A stretch of 64,000 bases of DNA from a bacterium (GCA_029977865.1 JAPOKA010000007.1:5-64004), one strand, 5' to 3'; shown: positions 10,701 to 20,550, counted from the stretch's first letter. Made by a program: numbers and translations. Notes: generated by a model not told the origin, from the letters alone.

Positions 10701-10962
10701 GATGCTCAACGGCGATCTCGCCATTCGCGAAGCTCGCCTGCTGGCGCGGCGCCTCGAGCGGGAGCGTCCCGGCGACCTGCGCGGCCAGATCGCGCTCGGC
10801 CGCCTGCTCGTCGGTGGCCGACCCGCCGCCGAGGAAGACCTTGACGAGGCGGTCGCATTCGTCGAGGAACTCGAGTCCTTCGACGGTCTCTCCCGCGGCG
10901 AGGCCCTCGAGAACCTCTGCCTGGTCTTCTTCAACCTCAACGAGTTCCTCTATGTCGATTGA
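7762..10962 (+). CDS. PSCyt1 (heme-c motif) / DUF1549 / LamG-like / DUF1553 multidomain protein
   Basis: ATG 7762 follows ggagg, with signal MTATRLVAALGLAAALAAIL..AVHA. CVECHG (CxxCH) lies near the N-terminus. DUF1549-like WAFRPL..NEVDYFI..LLRRASLDLTGLPP; LamG-like GRGFDFDGGDDRVEI..LDEIRFYDRVL; DUF1553-like LARWI..NPL..RAIANRLWQHHF..GFNLNEFLYVD. Confidence 0.9.
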   Translation: MTATRLVAALGLAAALAAILPMPAPPAVHAAPPTEPGPPGSPDLGAAEAIFAAEVLPVLEARCVECHGSDRAKAGLRLHELRGILELPSLDRVVVGGDLEASELWHRVNLPDGDDDAMPPEGARLNASELDAIRRWILALPEDGTPVVEVESLDASELHQARVEEALRERWAFRPLVKPTPPRVVHPEWCRNEVDYFILAGLEEIGVDPAPEADPFTLLRRASLDLTGLPPSAAQIEAFTSSWQADPDQAWSDLLDRLLASPHYGERWGRHWLDLVRYAETNGFERDSVKNGAWKYRDWVVDAFNEDMPYDRFVLEQLAGDELEDRDFDSLVATGIYRLGMWDDEVPDLAQALADDLDGIVDVVGRTFLALPMGCVRCHDHKGDPIGHDEYYEFAAYFAGVKPYKTSPFNSIAAENVMRMVRSDFGHADPEVERRNHRLERERLIAEVRRAEADAGLAADATSFLDRAPDAGCVAHLAFEDERSGEAKDARGGASASVRDAGFAAEGRIGRGFDFDGGDDRVEIARPVAEDFTISFWMRTTDVGGGSESDRRWFLGKGLVDGEIPGIVPDFGVSLVSNGYIAAGTGEPETFLSSGPGHNDGFWHHIAFTREMASGEIALFVDGVKVDRARGSTRPLDRPERLAIGAMQPGHGAFAGTLDEIRFYDRVLRDEEIRSAAFGTLARDDLTESIAARLGAERSEEFSAAQEALRALSPPDWKGESVLVVRDDRSPRETFVLLRGNPHSPGAKVEPDVPDLAGGFRPGPIEPPAHGESSGRRLALARWIADPRNGLALRAIANRLWQHHFTAPIVPSSNDFGKFGENPTHPALLDWLAASFAERGWSMKDFHRLLMQSAAYRMSSVPSDRASILDAGNEHLSRQRIRRLSAEELRDGMLAANGTIDLRVGGPPIRPPMPEAVLATSSRPDEVWPLTPEETWSRRSLYIHQKRSLQHPLMLIFDSADIDSPCPVRFSTVQPTQALSMLNGDLAIREARLLARRLERERPGDLRGQIALGRLLVGGRPAAEEDLDEAVAFVEELESFDGLSRGEALENLCLVFFNLNEFLYVD

Positions 10963-11052
10963 TCGGACCCGCGAACCCGAACCGATCGCGACGCCGGCGC
11001 GAACTCTCCGATCACTCCGAGCGAATCCTCGACGCAGCCTGCACGGTGAACC

Positions 11053-12543
11053 ATGACTGACCCTCTCCAGCCCCACCTCCGCCCGCAGAACACCTTTTGC
11101 GGCCGCACCCGCCGCGAGTTCATGTGGCAGGCCGGCGGGGCGTTCACCTCGGTCGCCTTGACCGGCATGCTCGCGTCGGAGGGCTTCATCCGCCGGCAGG
11201 CCTTCGCCTTCGACGGGCAGACGCCGCTCCCCGACGGGCCGCTCTCGCCGAAGCCGCCGATGATTCCCGGCAAGGCCAAGAGCGTCATCTTCCTCTTCAT
11301 GTACGGCGGCCCGAGCCACGTCGACACCTTCGACTACAAGCCCGAGCTCTACAAGTTCGACGGCAAGACCATCAAGGTGAAGACCAAGGGCCGCGGCGGC
11401 GACAAGAACGAGGGCCGCGTGGTCGGACCCAAGTGGAACTTCGCGCAGCACGGCGAATGCGGGGCGTGGGTGAGCGACCTCTTCCCGCACCTCTCGACCT
11501 GCGTCGACGACATGGCGTTCGTGAAGAGCATGTACGCGGAGAGCCCCATCCACGGCTCGGCGATGCTCATGATGAACTCGGGCAAGCTGCTCGGCGGCGC
11601 GCCGGCACTTGGTTCCTGGGTCAACTACGGCCTCGGCACCGTGAACCAGAATCTGCCGGGCTTCGTGGTGATGCTCGACTCGACCGGCGGCCCGATCTCT
11701 GGCGCGAAGAACTGGTCGAGCGGCTACATGCCGGCGATCTACCAGGGCACGGTGCTGCGCGGCGAGGGCCCGCCGATCCTCGATCTCTCGAATCCCTCCG
11801 GGCGCAGCGACGGCCTGCAGCGGCGCCTGCTCGATCGCCTCAAGATGTGGAACAGCCGCCATGCGCTGCTCCGCTCGGGCAATCAGGAGCTCGAAAGCCG
11901 CATCGAGAGCTACGAGCTCGCCTACCGCATGCAGGCCGACGCGCCCGAGGCGGTCGATCTCGCGAAGGAATCGCCGAAGACCCTCGAGCTCTACGGGATC
12001 GACCGGCCCGAGACCCGCGAGTTCGGCGAGAAGTGCCTGCTCGCCCGGCGGCTCGTCGAGCGCGGCGTGCGCTTCGTGCAGGTCTATGCCGGCGGCAACC
12101 ACAACGATGCCAACTGGGACGCCCACGGCGATCTCAAGAAGAATCACGACTACCACGCCGGTCGCACCGACCAGCCGATCGCGGGGCTGTTGAAGGACCT
12201 CAAGCAGCGCGGGCTTCTCGACGAGACGCTTGTGGTCTGGGGCGGCGAGTTCGGCCGCCAGCCCACCGCCGAGTACGCCGAGGGCACCGGCCGCGACCAC
12301 AACTCCTTCGGCTTCACCATGTGGATGGCCGGCGGCGGCGTGAAGGGCGGGGTCACCGTCGGCGAGACCGACGAGCTCGGCTCGACCGGCGTCGGCGACC
12401 GCTACCACGTCAAGAACCTGCACGCCACGATCCTCACGCTGATGGGCCTCGATCCGAACGAGCTTTCCTACTTCTACGGCGGGCTCGACCAGCGGCTCGT
12501 CGGCGTCGAAGGCGCCGATCCCATTCCCGGCGTGATCGCCTGA
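11053..12543 (+). CDS. DUF1501 protein (sulfatase/alkaline-phosphatase-like fold), Tat-exported
   Basis: Twin-arginine signal CGRTRREFMWQAGGAF. KSVIFLFMYGGPSHVDTFDYKPE, DAHGD and GGEFGRQP are typical of DUF1501, the usual partner of DUF1549/DUF1553 proteins. Confidence 0.9.
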   Translation: MTDPLQPHLRPQNTFCGRTRREFMWQAGGAFTSVALTGMLASEGFIRRQAFAFDGQTPLPDGPLSPKPPMIPGKAKSVIFLFMYGGPSHVDTFDYKPELYKFDGKTIKVKTKGRGGDKNEGRVVGPKWNFAQHGECGAWVSDLFPHLSTCVDDMAFVKSMYAESPIHGSAMLMMNSGKLLGGAPALGSWVNYGLGTVNQNLPGFVVMLDSTGGPISGAKNWSSGYMPAIYQGTVLRGEGPPILDLSNPSGRSDGLQRRLLDRLKMWNSRHALLRSGNQELESRIESYELAYRMQADAPEAVDLAKESPKTLELYGIDRPETREFGEKCLLARRLVERGVRFVQVYAGGNHNDANWDAHGDLKKNHDYHAGRTDQPIAGLLKDLKQRGLLDETLVVWGGEFGRQPTAEYAEGTGRDHNSFGFTMWMAGGGVKGGVTVGETDELGSTGVGDRYHVKNLHATILTLMGLDPNELSYFYGGLDQRLVGVEGADPIPGVIA

Positions 12544-12704
12544 CTCTTCCGATGGGTTCGCGAGGCAACGCTGGCGGAGGTCGCGTGGCCGAGCGGTCGA
12601 GGAAGTTCTGGCGACTTCGACTCGGATCGGTGTGGCGCTCGCGACTGGAACGCCTGCTTGGAAGGCGCGGCCGCGCGGAGCAGGTCCGCTATTCTGAACG
12701 CAGT

Positions 12705-13469
12705 ATGCGCATTCCGAACTTCCGTCTCGACGGCAAGGTTGCTCTGGTCACCGGCTCGAGCAAGGGCCTGGGCCGGGCGATGGCCTTCGCCCTCGGTCGA
12801 GCGGGGGCGCGGGTCGCCTTCAACTACCTTCACTCCGAAGCAGCCGCGAACGCCACCTTCCAGGCCTACCGCGAAGCAGGACTCGAAGGGGGGCTCTTCC
12901 GTCACGACGTCATCGATCCCCGGGGCGTGCGGCATCTCTGCGCCGAGGTCGCCGGGGCGCTCGGGCCGATCGACATCCTGGTGGTCAACGCCACCCCGGC
13001 TCAACCCCTCAAGCCCATCGAGCAGTACGACTGGGACTTCTACCAGGAGATGCTCGACTTCTTCGTGAAGAGCCCCTTCCTGCTCACCCGCGAGGTGCTT
13101 CCGCACATGAAGTCGAAGCGCTGGGGTCGGATCATCAACATCACCAGCGAGGTCTTCGAACGGGCGGTGGCGCCGTTCTCCGCCTACGTCGCCGCCAAGG
13201 GCGCCCAGAACGGATGGATGCGCAGCATGGCGACGGAGCTCGCGCCCTTCGGCATCACCTCCAACGCCATCGCCCCGGGCTGGATCCCGGTCGAGCGGCA
13301 CGAGCAGGACCCGCCGGAGATGAAGGAGGCCTACCGCCGCGGAGTTCCCATGGGGCACATGGGTGTGCCCGAGGATCTCGACGGCGCCATCCTTCTCCTC
13401 GCGAGCGAGGCGTCGGACTTCATCACCGGCCAGACCATCCATGTGAACGGCGGGACCACCACCTACTGA
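12705..13469 (+). CDS. SDR-family oxidoreductase (FabG-like)
   Basis: C-terminal part of track ORF 11097..13469, starting at ATG 12705. KVALVTGSSKGLGRA (TGxxxGxG), NITS, YVAAKGA (YxxxK), IHVNGG. Confidence 0.85.
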   Translation: MRIPNFRLDGKVALVTGSSKGLGRAMAFALGRAGARVAFNYLHSEAAANATFQAYREAGLEGGLFRHDVIDPRGVRHLCAEVAGALGPIDILVVNATPAQPLKPIEQYDWDFYQEMLDFFVKSPFLLTREVLPHMKSKRWGRIINITSEVFERAVAPFSAYVAAKGAQNGWMRSMATELAPFGITSNAIAPGWIPVERHEQDPPEMKEAYRRGVPMGHMGVPEDLDGAILLLASEASDFITGQTIHVNGGTTTY

Positions 13470-13506
13470 GCGCCCGCGACCTCCACGCACTCCCACGGAC
13501 CACGCC

Positions 13507-14595
13507 ATGGCCACCATCCCAAGACGCAGCGCCGCCACGATTCTCGCTCTCGCCGCGACCTTCGCGGCAAGCATGCCCGCGCTTGCCCAGAGCCGCGACG
13601 CCCTGATCGCTCGTCAGAAGAAGGCGATCGAGGCGATGAAGGCCTCGCCCAAGGATCCCGCCAAGATCGCCTTCGTCACCAACGGCGTGGCGTTCTTCTG
13701 GGTGCTCGCCAAGGCCGGAGCCGAGGCGGCGGCGAAGGACACCGGCGCCACCGTCAGCGTGCTGATGCCACCCAACGGCATCGGTGACCAGAAGCGCATG
13801 CTCGAGGATCTCGTCACCCGCGGAATCGACGGCATCGCGGTGAGCCCCATCGATCCGGTCAACCAGGCCGACACCCTCAACGCGGTGGCGCGGCGGGCGC
13901 TGCTCATCACCCACGACAGCGATGCGCCCGAGAGCGCCCGGCTCTGCTACATCGGCGTCGACAACTACGAAGCCGGTCGAATGTGCGGCCGCCTCGTCAA
14001 GGAGGCCTGCCCCGACGGCGGCGAGGTGGCGATCTTCATCGGTCGGCTCGAGCAGGACAACGCGCGGCGCCGGAGGCAGGGAGTCATCGACGAACTCCTC
14101 GGCCGCGACTCGAATCCCGACCGCTTCGATCCTCCCGGTGCGACGGTCTCGGGCAACGGCTTCACCGTCGTGGGCACCTACACCGACCAGTTCGACCGCG
14201 CCAAGGCCAAGGCCAACGTCGAGGACGTGATCGCCCGCAACCCCGGCATCGACTGCATGGTCGGTCTCTTCGAATACAACCCGCCGCTCATCCTCGAGGC
14301 CCTCGATCGCGCCGGCAAGATCGGCAAGGTGAAGGTGGTCGCCTTCGACGAGGCCCGCGAGACCCTCGAGGGAATCCGCAAGGGTTCGGTGCAGGGGACG
14401 GTGGTGCAGGATCCCTACCTCTACGGCTACCGCTCGGTCGAACTGCTCAACGCCCTCTGCCACGGCGATGCCTCCGATCTGCCCGCCAACGGCGTCATTC
14501 CGGTGCCGGCGCGGGCGATCCGCAAGGACAACGTCGATGCGTTCGAGGCAGAGACCAAGGCCCGCGGCGAGGCGGGCGCCGCCACCGCGAACTAG
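13507..14595 (+). CDS. Sugar ABC transporter substrate-binding protein (PBP1, ribose/xylose-type)
   Basis: Signal MATIPRRSAATILALAATFAASMPALAQ. KIAFVTNG..GIDGIAVSPID..YIGVDNYEAG..VVAFDE pattern of CUT2 binding proteins. Confidence 0.85.
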   Translation: MATIPRRSAATILALAATFAASMPALAQSRDALIARQKKAIEAMKASPKDPAKIAFVTNGVAFFWVLAKAGAEAAAKDTGATVSVLMPPNGIGDQKRMLEDLVTRGIDGIAVSPIDPVNQADTLNAVARRALLITHDSDAPESARLCYIGVDNYEAGRMCGRLVKEACPDGGEVAIFIGRLEQDNARRRRQGVIDELLGRDSNPDRFDPPGATVSGNGFTVVGTYTDQFDRAKAKANVEDVIARNPGIDCMVGLFEYNPPLILEALDRAGKIGKVKVVAFDEARETLEGIRKGSVQGTVVQDPYLYGYRSVELLNALCHGDASDLPANGVIPVPARAIRKDNVDAFEAETKARGEAGAATAN

Positions 14596-14599
14596 CCGC

Positions 14600-16123
14600 G
14601 TGAACGGCGCCTCCACCGTGAGCGAGCCAGGATCGCAGCCGATCCTCGAGGTCAGAGGCGCCGTCAAGCGCTTCGGTGGCGTGGTGGCGCTCGATCGGGT
14701 CGATGCGGTGGTGCGGGGCGGCGAGGTGCTCGCGGTGGTCGGGGAGAACGGCGCCGGCAAGAGCACCCTGATGAAGATCCTCGCGGGCGTGCATGAGCCC
14801 GATGCGGGCGAACTGCTCGTCGATGGCGCGGCATCGAGGCTTCGCTCGGTGCGCGACGCCCAGCGCCGCGGCATCGCCCTCGTCCACCAGGAACTCAACC
14901 TCGCCGAGAACCTCGACGTCGCTGCCAACATCGTGCTCGGTCGCGAGCCGAGGCGACTCGGCGTGCTCGATCGCGCCGCCGCAACGAGGCAGGCGCAGGC
15001 GGCGCTTGATCGGGTGGGCTTGCGAATCGCGTCGTCCACGCCGGTTGCCTCGCTCGGGGTGGGGGCGCGGCAGCTCGTCGAGATCGCCAAGGCCCTTTCC
15101 GCCGAGGCGCGGGTGCTCATCCTCGACGAGCCCACCGCGAGCCTCTCCCGCCACGAGACCGATCGGCTGCTGGCGCTGCTCGCGGACCTGCGTTCACGCG
15201 GCACCGCGGTGGTGCTGATCAGCCACCGGCTCGACGAGGTCCTGCGCAGCGCCGATCGCATCGTGGTGCTGCGGGACGGCCGTGTTCGCGGCGAACTCGC
15301 CCGCGCCGACGCCACCCGCGACGCGATCGTGTCGCTGATGGTGGGCCGCGAGGTCGCGGCAGTGTCGCGGGCGACGATCGCCCGCGGAGCGCCGCTGCTG
15401 CGGGCGCGGGGGGTGCGGACCGAGGCGAATCCGCGCTCTGCGATCGATCTCGAGATCGCCTCCGGCGAGGTGGTGGGCATCGCGGGGCTCGTCGGAAGCG
15501 GACGCACCGAACTGCTCGAGACCCTGTTCGGGGTCCGCCGCGCCGTCGCAGGGGAGATCTTGCTCGGCGAGCGGGCGCTGCCTGCGGGCGACCCGCGCGC
15601 CGCGGTGCGTCGCGGCATGGGGCTCGTCCCCGAGGATCGCGCCCACCACGGGCTCTTCCTTCCCGATCCGGTGCGGCGGAACTTCTCGATGGCGACCCTC
15701 GGGGCGATCGCCTCGCTCGGGGTGATCTCCTCGCGGAGCGAACGCGCGCTCGCGGACCGGCTCGCCCGCGAACTCGATCTTCGCCCGCCCGACCATGGAC
15801 GCGCCGCGGCGACCCTCTCCGGTGGCAATCAGCAGAAGGTGGTGCTCGGGCGATGGATCGCCGCGAACCCCAAGGTCCTGCTGCTCGACGAGCCGACTCG
15901 GGGCGTCGACGTCGGCGCGCGGGCGGAGATCCACGCGATCGTCCGTCGCCTCGCCGCTGCGGGTGCCGCGGTGCTCTTTGCAAGCAGCGAACTTGATGAG
16001 GTGCTGGCGCTCTCCGATCGCATCCTCTGCCTGCGCGACGGGGAAGTCACCGGCTCGCTCGTGGCCGCGGAGGCCACCGAAGAGACCTTGATGGCGCTGA
16101 TGACCGCAGGACGGGCGGCATGA
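14600..16123 (+). CDS. Sugar ABC transporter ATP-binding protein (two fused NBDs, RbsA/XylG-like)
   Basis: In-frame GTG 14600 lies 5 nt after the SBP stop. Walker A GENGAGKST, second NBD GLVGSGRTE, signature LSGGNQQK. The stop overlaps the permease ATG (ATGA at 16120). Confidence 0.85.
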   Translation: MNGASTVSEPGSQPILEVRGAVKRFGGVVALDRVDAVVRGGEVLAVVGENGAGKSTLMKILAGVHEPDAGELLVDGAASRLRSVRDAQRRGIALVHQELNLAENLDVAANIVLGREPRRLGVLDRAAATRQAQAALDRVGLRIASSTPVASLGVGARQLVEIAKALSAEARVLILDEPTASLSRHETDRLLALLADLRSRGTAVVLISHRLDEVLRSADRIVVLRDGRVRGELARADATRDAIVSLMVGREVAAVSRATIARGAPLLRARGVRTEANPRSAIDLEIASGEVVGIAGLVGSGRTELLETLFGVRRAVAGEILLGERALPAGDPRAAVRRGMGLVPEDRAHHGLFLPDPVRRNFSMATLGAIASLGVISSRSERALADRLARELDLRPPDHGRAAATLSGGNQQKVVLGRWIAANPKVLLLDEPTRGVDVGARAEIHAIVRRLAAAGAAVLFASSELDEVLALSDRILCLRDGEVTGSLVAAEATEETLMALMTAGRAA

Positions 16124-17190
16124 AGAAGGCCCTCGGCATCCTCGTGCTGATGGTGGCGATCGGGATCTTCACCGCGCTCGCCGCCGACGGCTTCCTCACC
16201 GCCTACAACCTCGAGAACCTCCTGCGGCGCACCGCGCTCTTCGGCATCCTCGCGATCGGCGCCGGGCTGGTGATCATGGCCGGCGGCATCGACCTCTCGA
16301 CCGGATCGGTGGTGTGCCTGGCGGGTTGCATGCTGCCGTGGCTGCTCGTCGATCACGGATGGTCGCCGCCCGCTGCGGTGGCGGCGATCGTCGCCGCGGG
16401 CATCGCGATCGGGCTCTTTCAGGGCTGGCTCGTCGCGTGGGCGCGACTGCAGCCGTTCCTGGTGACGCTCTGCGGGTTGCTCTTCTATCGCGGTCTCGCC
16501 CGCGGCTTCACCGAGGACCAGACCCAGGGATTCCGCGGCGGCTTCGAGGAGCTTCGCTCGCTCGCCACCGGCCGCATCCCCGTGCCCGGCCTCACCGACC
16601 TCGAGGCCTTCGACGGGCCGAGCGCCTTCGCGATTCCCGCACCGGTCGCGAGCCTGGTGGTGATCGCCGTCCTCGCAGCGTTCCTGCTGCGATACACGGT
16701 GTGGGGGCGTTGGCTGCTTGCGACCGGCCGCAATCCGCAGGCGGCCGCATACAGCGGAGTTCCCGTCAAGTGGGTGACGCTCTCGGCATTCGTGCTCGGG
16801 GCGGTGCTCTCTGCCTACGGAGGCATGCTTTTCGTGCTCGATGTGGGCAGCGCCCAGCCCGCCGACTTCGGAAACTTCTACGAGCTCTACGCGATCGCCG
16901 CCGCGGTGCTGGGAGGCTGCAGCCTGCGGGGCGGCGAGGGCAGCGTGGTGGGGATCGTGGTCGGTGCGGCACTGATGCAGGTCCTCCGCAACGCCCTGGT
17001 GCTGGTCGACTGGATTCCGGACAACCTCGAGTACGCGGTGATCGGCGCGGTGATCCTGCTGGGGGTTCTGGCCGATGAGTTGGTCCGGAGGGTGGCGAGG
17101 CGCCGCTCCCGATCGCCGTTGGAGACGTCCGGGTCTCCGCAAGCGCGTGAGGCCCGGAATGAACCCGCCGTCCGATCCGACCGAAGCTGA
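16120..17190 (+). CDS. Sugar ABC transporter permease (RbsC/XylH-like)
   Basis: Multi-TM protein: [10 protein letters not shown] and [25 protein letters not shown], typical of the BPD_transp_2 family. Confidence 0.85.
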   Translation: MKKALGILVLMVAIGIFTALAADGFLTAYNLENLLRRTALFGILAIGAGLVIMAGGIDLSTGSVVCLAGCMLPWLLVDHGWSPPAAVAAIVAAGIAIGLFQGWLVAWARLQPFLVTLCGLLFYRGLARGFTEDQTQGFRGGFEELRSLATGRIPVPGLTDLEAFDGPSAFAIPAPVASLVVIAVLAAFLLRYTVWGRWLLATGRNPQAAAYSGVPVKWVTLSAFVLGAVLSAYGGMLFVLDVGSAQPADFGNFYELYAIAAAVLGGCSLRGGEGSVVGIVVGAALMQVLRNALVLVDWIPDNLEYAVIGAVILLGVLADELVRRVARRRSRSPLETSGSPQAREARNEPAVRSDRS

Positions 17191-19201
17191 CCTCTCCGAC
17201 ATCCGCCGACGCCTCGACGAGGCCGACCAGGCGATTCTGGGGGCCCTGCGAACCCGGATCGACGCCGCCCGCTTGATCGGCGACATCAAGCGCCGCCACG
17301 GCGCCGAGATCCGCGACAGCTCGCGCGAACTGGAAGTCCATGCCCGCTGGGCTTCGCGAGCGGAGTCGCTCTCGCTCAACGCCCATGCCGCCGGAAGAGT
17401 CCTGCGGGAGATCCTGGAGTGGTCGCGGCGCGAGCAAGAGGCGCTCTGGCGCGACAGCGGCGGTCGCGAGGCGGTGGTGGCCTATCAGGGAGCTCCGGGT
17501 GCCCACGGCGATCTCGCGGCGCGGCGCCTGATGTCGATTCGCGGCGAGTCGGCGAGAACGCTCGGCACTCGATCCTTCGACGGCGCCCTGGCGGCGCTCT
17601 TGCGCGGCGAAGCCGACTACGCCCTGGTGCCGGTCGAGAACTCGATCGTCGGCGCGGTCGATGCCGTCGACGGCCTGCTGCTCGAGGACGGGATTCACAT
17701 CGTGGACGAGGAACCGTGGCAGGTGCGCCACAGCCTCGCCGTGGTGCCCGGCGCGAGCCTCGAAGCGCTGGAGCGGGTCTTCTCCCATCCGGTCGCGCTG
17801 CGGCAATGTCGACGCACCGTGATCGAGTCGCTCGGCCTCGAGGCCGAGGAGATCTGGGACACCGCCGGCGCAGCCGATGCGGTGCTTGCCGCCCGCAACC
17901 CTCGCCATGCCGCGATCTGTTCGCCGGAGGCCGCCGCCGAGCGCGGGCTGGTCGTGCTCAAGGAGGACGTCTCCGATCATCCCGACAACACCACGCGCTT
18001 CCTGCTGCTGGCCCGCGAGCCGCAGCCGGTCGCACCCGGCATCGCGGTGCGCACGACGCTGCGGCTCGTCGCGAACCACCAGCCCGGTTCGCTGGCCCGC
18101 TGCCTCGGTGCCTTCGCCGCCGAGGGGGTCAACCTGACTCGCCTCGCAAGCCGGGTGCTGCCGAACCGGCCCGGCCAGTACGCGTTCATCATCGACCTCG
18201 AGGGTCGGATCGACGACGAGTCGGTCGCGCGTGCGATCACCGAGCTGCGTCCCCATGCCCGGCAGGTCTCGGTGCTCGGAAACTATCCCGATCGCAGCCG
18301 ATCGCTTGCAGAGTCGGTGCCGCGCGTGACTGCAGCCGCAACCTCGTCGCCCGAACCGGGCTGTCCCGCTCCGTCGCGACCGGCTTCCTCGCTGCCGCTT
18401 GCGTCGGGCGGCCGTCGTTCGGAGCTGCCCACCGAGATCGCGGGGGTCCCGATCGGCGGAAACCGATTCGTGCTCATCGCCGGTCCCTGCGCGGTCGAGA
18501 GCGTCGAGCAGATCGAGCAGTCCGCGGTCATGGTGCGCCGCGCGGGCGCGTCGCTTCTGCGCGGCGGTGCGTTCAAGCCTCGGACCTCGACCTACGCATT
18601 TCAGGGACTCGGCATGGAAGGCGTCGACATGCTGGTCGCCGCCGGTCGCCGCCACGGCCTGCCGGTCGTGACCGAGGTCCTGCAGGCTCGCGACGTCGAG
18701 GCCATCGCCGAACGAGCCGATGTGCTGCAGGTCGGAGCCCGCAACATGCAGAACTTCGAACTGCTGCGCCGCCTCGGCCGCTGCGATCGTCCGGTGCTGC
18801 TCAAGCGGGGCATGAGCGCGACGATCGACGAATGGCTGCATGCCGCCGAGTACATCCTCGCGGGCGGAAATCAGCAGGTGGTGCTGTGCGAGCGCGGCAT
18901 CCGCACCTTCGAGACCTCGACCCGGGCCACCCTCGACCTCGCCGCGGTGCCGGTGCTTCGAGCCCGCACCCACCTTCCGATCATCGTGGATCCCTCGCAT
19001 GCGGCGGGGCGGCGCGAACTGGTGGTTCCGCTCGCGCTCGCGGCGGTCGCCGCCGGTGCCGACGGCTTGATCGTCGAGTGCCACCCGCGGCCCGAGGAAG
19101 CCCGCTGCGATCGCGAGCAGGCCCTCGACGAGGCGGAACTGCAGCGGCTTGCCGCGGGTATCACTCCGCTGCTCGCGGCGCAGGGCCGATCGATATCGTG
19201 A
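17159..19201 (+). CDS. Fusion protein: chorismate mutase (AroQ) + prephenate dehydratase/ACT + DAHP synthase type I-beta
   Basis: ATG 17159. CM: [37 protein letters not shown]: [36 protein letters not shown]: [30 protein letters not shown]: [40 protein letters not shown]. One uninterrupted 680-aa frame. Confidence 0.85.
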   Translation: MNPPSDPTEADLSDIRRRLDEADQAILGALRTRIDAARLIGDIKRRHGAEIRDSSRELEVHARWASRAESLSLNAHAAGRVLREILEWSRREQEALWRDSGGREAVVAYQGAPGAHGDLAARRLMSIRGESARTLGTRSFDGALAALLRGEADYALVPVENSIVGAVDAVDGLLLEDGIHIVDEEPWQVRHSLAVVPGASLEALERVFSHPVALRQCRRTVIESLGLEAEEIWDTAGAADAVLAARNPRHAAICSPEAAAERGLVVLKEDVSDHPDNTTRFLLLAREPQPVAPGIAVRTTLRLVANHQPGSLARCLGAFAAEGVNLTRLASRVLPNRPGQYAFIIDLEGRIDDESVARAITELRPHARQVSVLGNYPDRSRSLAESVPRVTAAATSSPEPGCPAPSRPASSLPLASGGRRSELPTEIAGVPIGGNRFVLIAGPCAVESVEQIEQSAVMVRRAGASLLRGGAFKPRTSTYAFQGLGMEGVDMLVAAGRRHGLPVVTEVLQARDVEAIAERADVLQVGARNMQNFELLRRLGRCDRPVLLKRGMSATIDEWLHAAEYILAGGNQQVVLCERGIRTFETSTRATLDLAAVPVLRARTHLPIIVDPSHAAGRRELVVPLALAAVAAGADGLIVECHPRPEEARCDREQALDEAELQRLAAGITPLLAAQGRSIS

Positions 19202-19236
19202 GTCCGGGGTGGCGTCGAAGCCGCCTTCCCGCGAGG

Positions 19237-20550
19237 ATGACTCCCTCACCCGTCAGGATCCGCACCATGCCTTCCACCGCCCGCCTTGCCGCCCTCGCCG
19301 CCATCCTCGTGCTCGCCCTTCCTGCCGTTGCGCAAGAGCAGAAGCCAGTCAACTCCGATGGACCGCAGCAAGCGCCGACCGACAGCGGCCGAAGGCCGGG
19401 CCGAACCGCACCCATCAAGGATGGACCCGTGAATCAGGACGAACTGCTCGGCATCGAATCGCAGAAGCAGTCCCGCGTGGTTTCGGACGCCACCAGCGAG
19501 CTCTGGGGCGAACTCGATGGAAAGCGCGTTCGGGTGCACACCCTTCGCAACTCCAAGGGCACCATCGTCCGGGCCACCGACTACGGCACCATCATCACCG
19601 AGGTCATCGTGCCTGACCGCGAGGGGAACTTCGCCGATGTGGCCTTGGGCCGGAAGAGCCTGATGGACTACGTCGAGAGCAATCCCTACTTCGGGTGCAC
19701 CGCAGGCCGCTGCGCCAACCGCATCGCGGGCGGCAAGTTCACCATCGACGGCACCGAGTACCAGGTCACCACCAACAACGGACCCAATCATCTCCATGGC
19801 GGAGCCAAGGGCTTCGACAAGGTGGTCTGGGACGGCACCGCCCGCATGACTCCCAAGGGACCGACGGTGCAGTTCCGGTACCAGTCGCCCGCCGGCGAGG
19901 AGGGCTACCCCGGCACCGTCAGCGCGATGGTGACCTACACCCTCACCGAGAACAACGAACTGATCGTCGACATGTCCGCCTCGACGGACGCCAAGACTCC
20001 CGTCAACCTCGCGCATCACACCTACTGGAACCTCGGCGGCCACGATTCCGGCGACATCCTCGGCCACGAGTTGTCGATCCCCGCGAACCTCTATACGCCG
20101 GTCGACGACACCCTCATCACCACCGGCGGGTTCGCCAAGGTCGCGGACACTCCCTACGACTTCCGCGTCGCCAAGCCGATCGGCCGCGACATCGCCAAGC
20201 TTCCCGCGACGGCCACCGATCCCGGCGGCTACGACGTCAACTTCGTCATCGACATCGCCGGCGAACGCGATCGGGTGTGGCCCTGCGCCAGGCTCGCCGA
20301 TCCCAGGTCGGGTCGGGTGCTCGAGATCTTCTCGAACCAGCCCGGCATCCAGTTCTACAGCGGCAACTTCCTCGACGGGATCACCGGCAAGAACGGCGCT
20401 ACCTACGAGAAGTTCGACGGCCTCTGCCTCGAGACCCAGGCCTTCCCCGACAGCGTCAACAAGCAGGGAGTCGAAGGCTGGCCGAACGTGATCCTCGAAC
20501 CCCGCCGCATCTACCGCCATCGCATGGTGCACAAGTTCTCGACGGAGTGA
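19237..20550 (+). CDS. galM: Aldose 1-epimerase (galactose mutarotase), secreted
   Basis: C-terminal part of track ORF 17419..20550 (alternative ATG 19267). Signal MPSTARLAALAAILVLALPAVA. GCTAGRCANRI, NHLHGG, HTYWNL, LCLETQ. Confidence 0.9.
   Translation: MTPSPVRIRTMPSTARLAALAAILVLALPAVAQEQKPVNSDGPQQAPTDSGRRPGRTAPIKDGPVNQDELLGIESQKQSRVVSDATSELWGELDGKRVRVHTLRNSKGTIVRATDYGTIITEVIVPDREGNFADVALGRKSLMDYVESNPYFGCTAGRCANRIAGGKFTIDGTEYQVTTNNGPNHLHGGAKGFDKVVWDGTARMTPKGPTVQFRYQSPAGEEGYPGTVSAMVTYTLTENNELIVDMSASTDAKTPVNLAHHTYWNLGGHDSGDILGHELSIPANLYTPVDDTLITTGGFAKVADTPYDFRVAKPIGRDIAKLPATATDPGGYDVNFVIDIAGERDRVWPCARLADPRSGRVLEIFSNQPGIQFYSGNFLDGITGKNGATYEKFDGLCLETQAFPDSVNKQGVEGWPNVILEPRRIYRHRMVHKFSTE

Noticed and set aside
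13423-15828. 801-aa minus-strand ORF.
   Set aside because: It is antisense to the SBP and ABC ATPase genes, which have unambiguous motifs. It is an extremely Arg/Ser/Ala/Pro-rich, low-complexity shadow.
16766-19249. 827-aa minus-strand ORF.
   Set aside because: It is antisense to the permease and the CM-PDT-DAHPS gene, with no recognisable domains.
17419-20550. Long N-terminal extensions of several track ORFs (17419..20550, 58619..61081, 37691..39844, 20573..22837, 11097..13469, 22342..23520, 26770..28167, 43829..45196).
   Set aside because: Only the C-terminal parts show family motifs and signal peptides. The extensions overlap other well-supported genes, so I used internal starts, often supported by ATGA overlaps or SD-like sequences.
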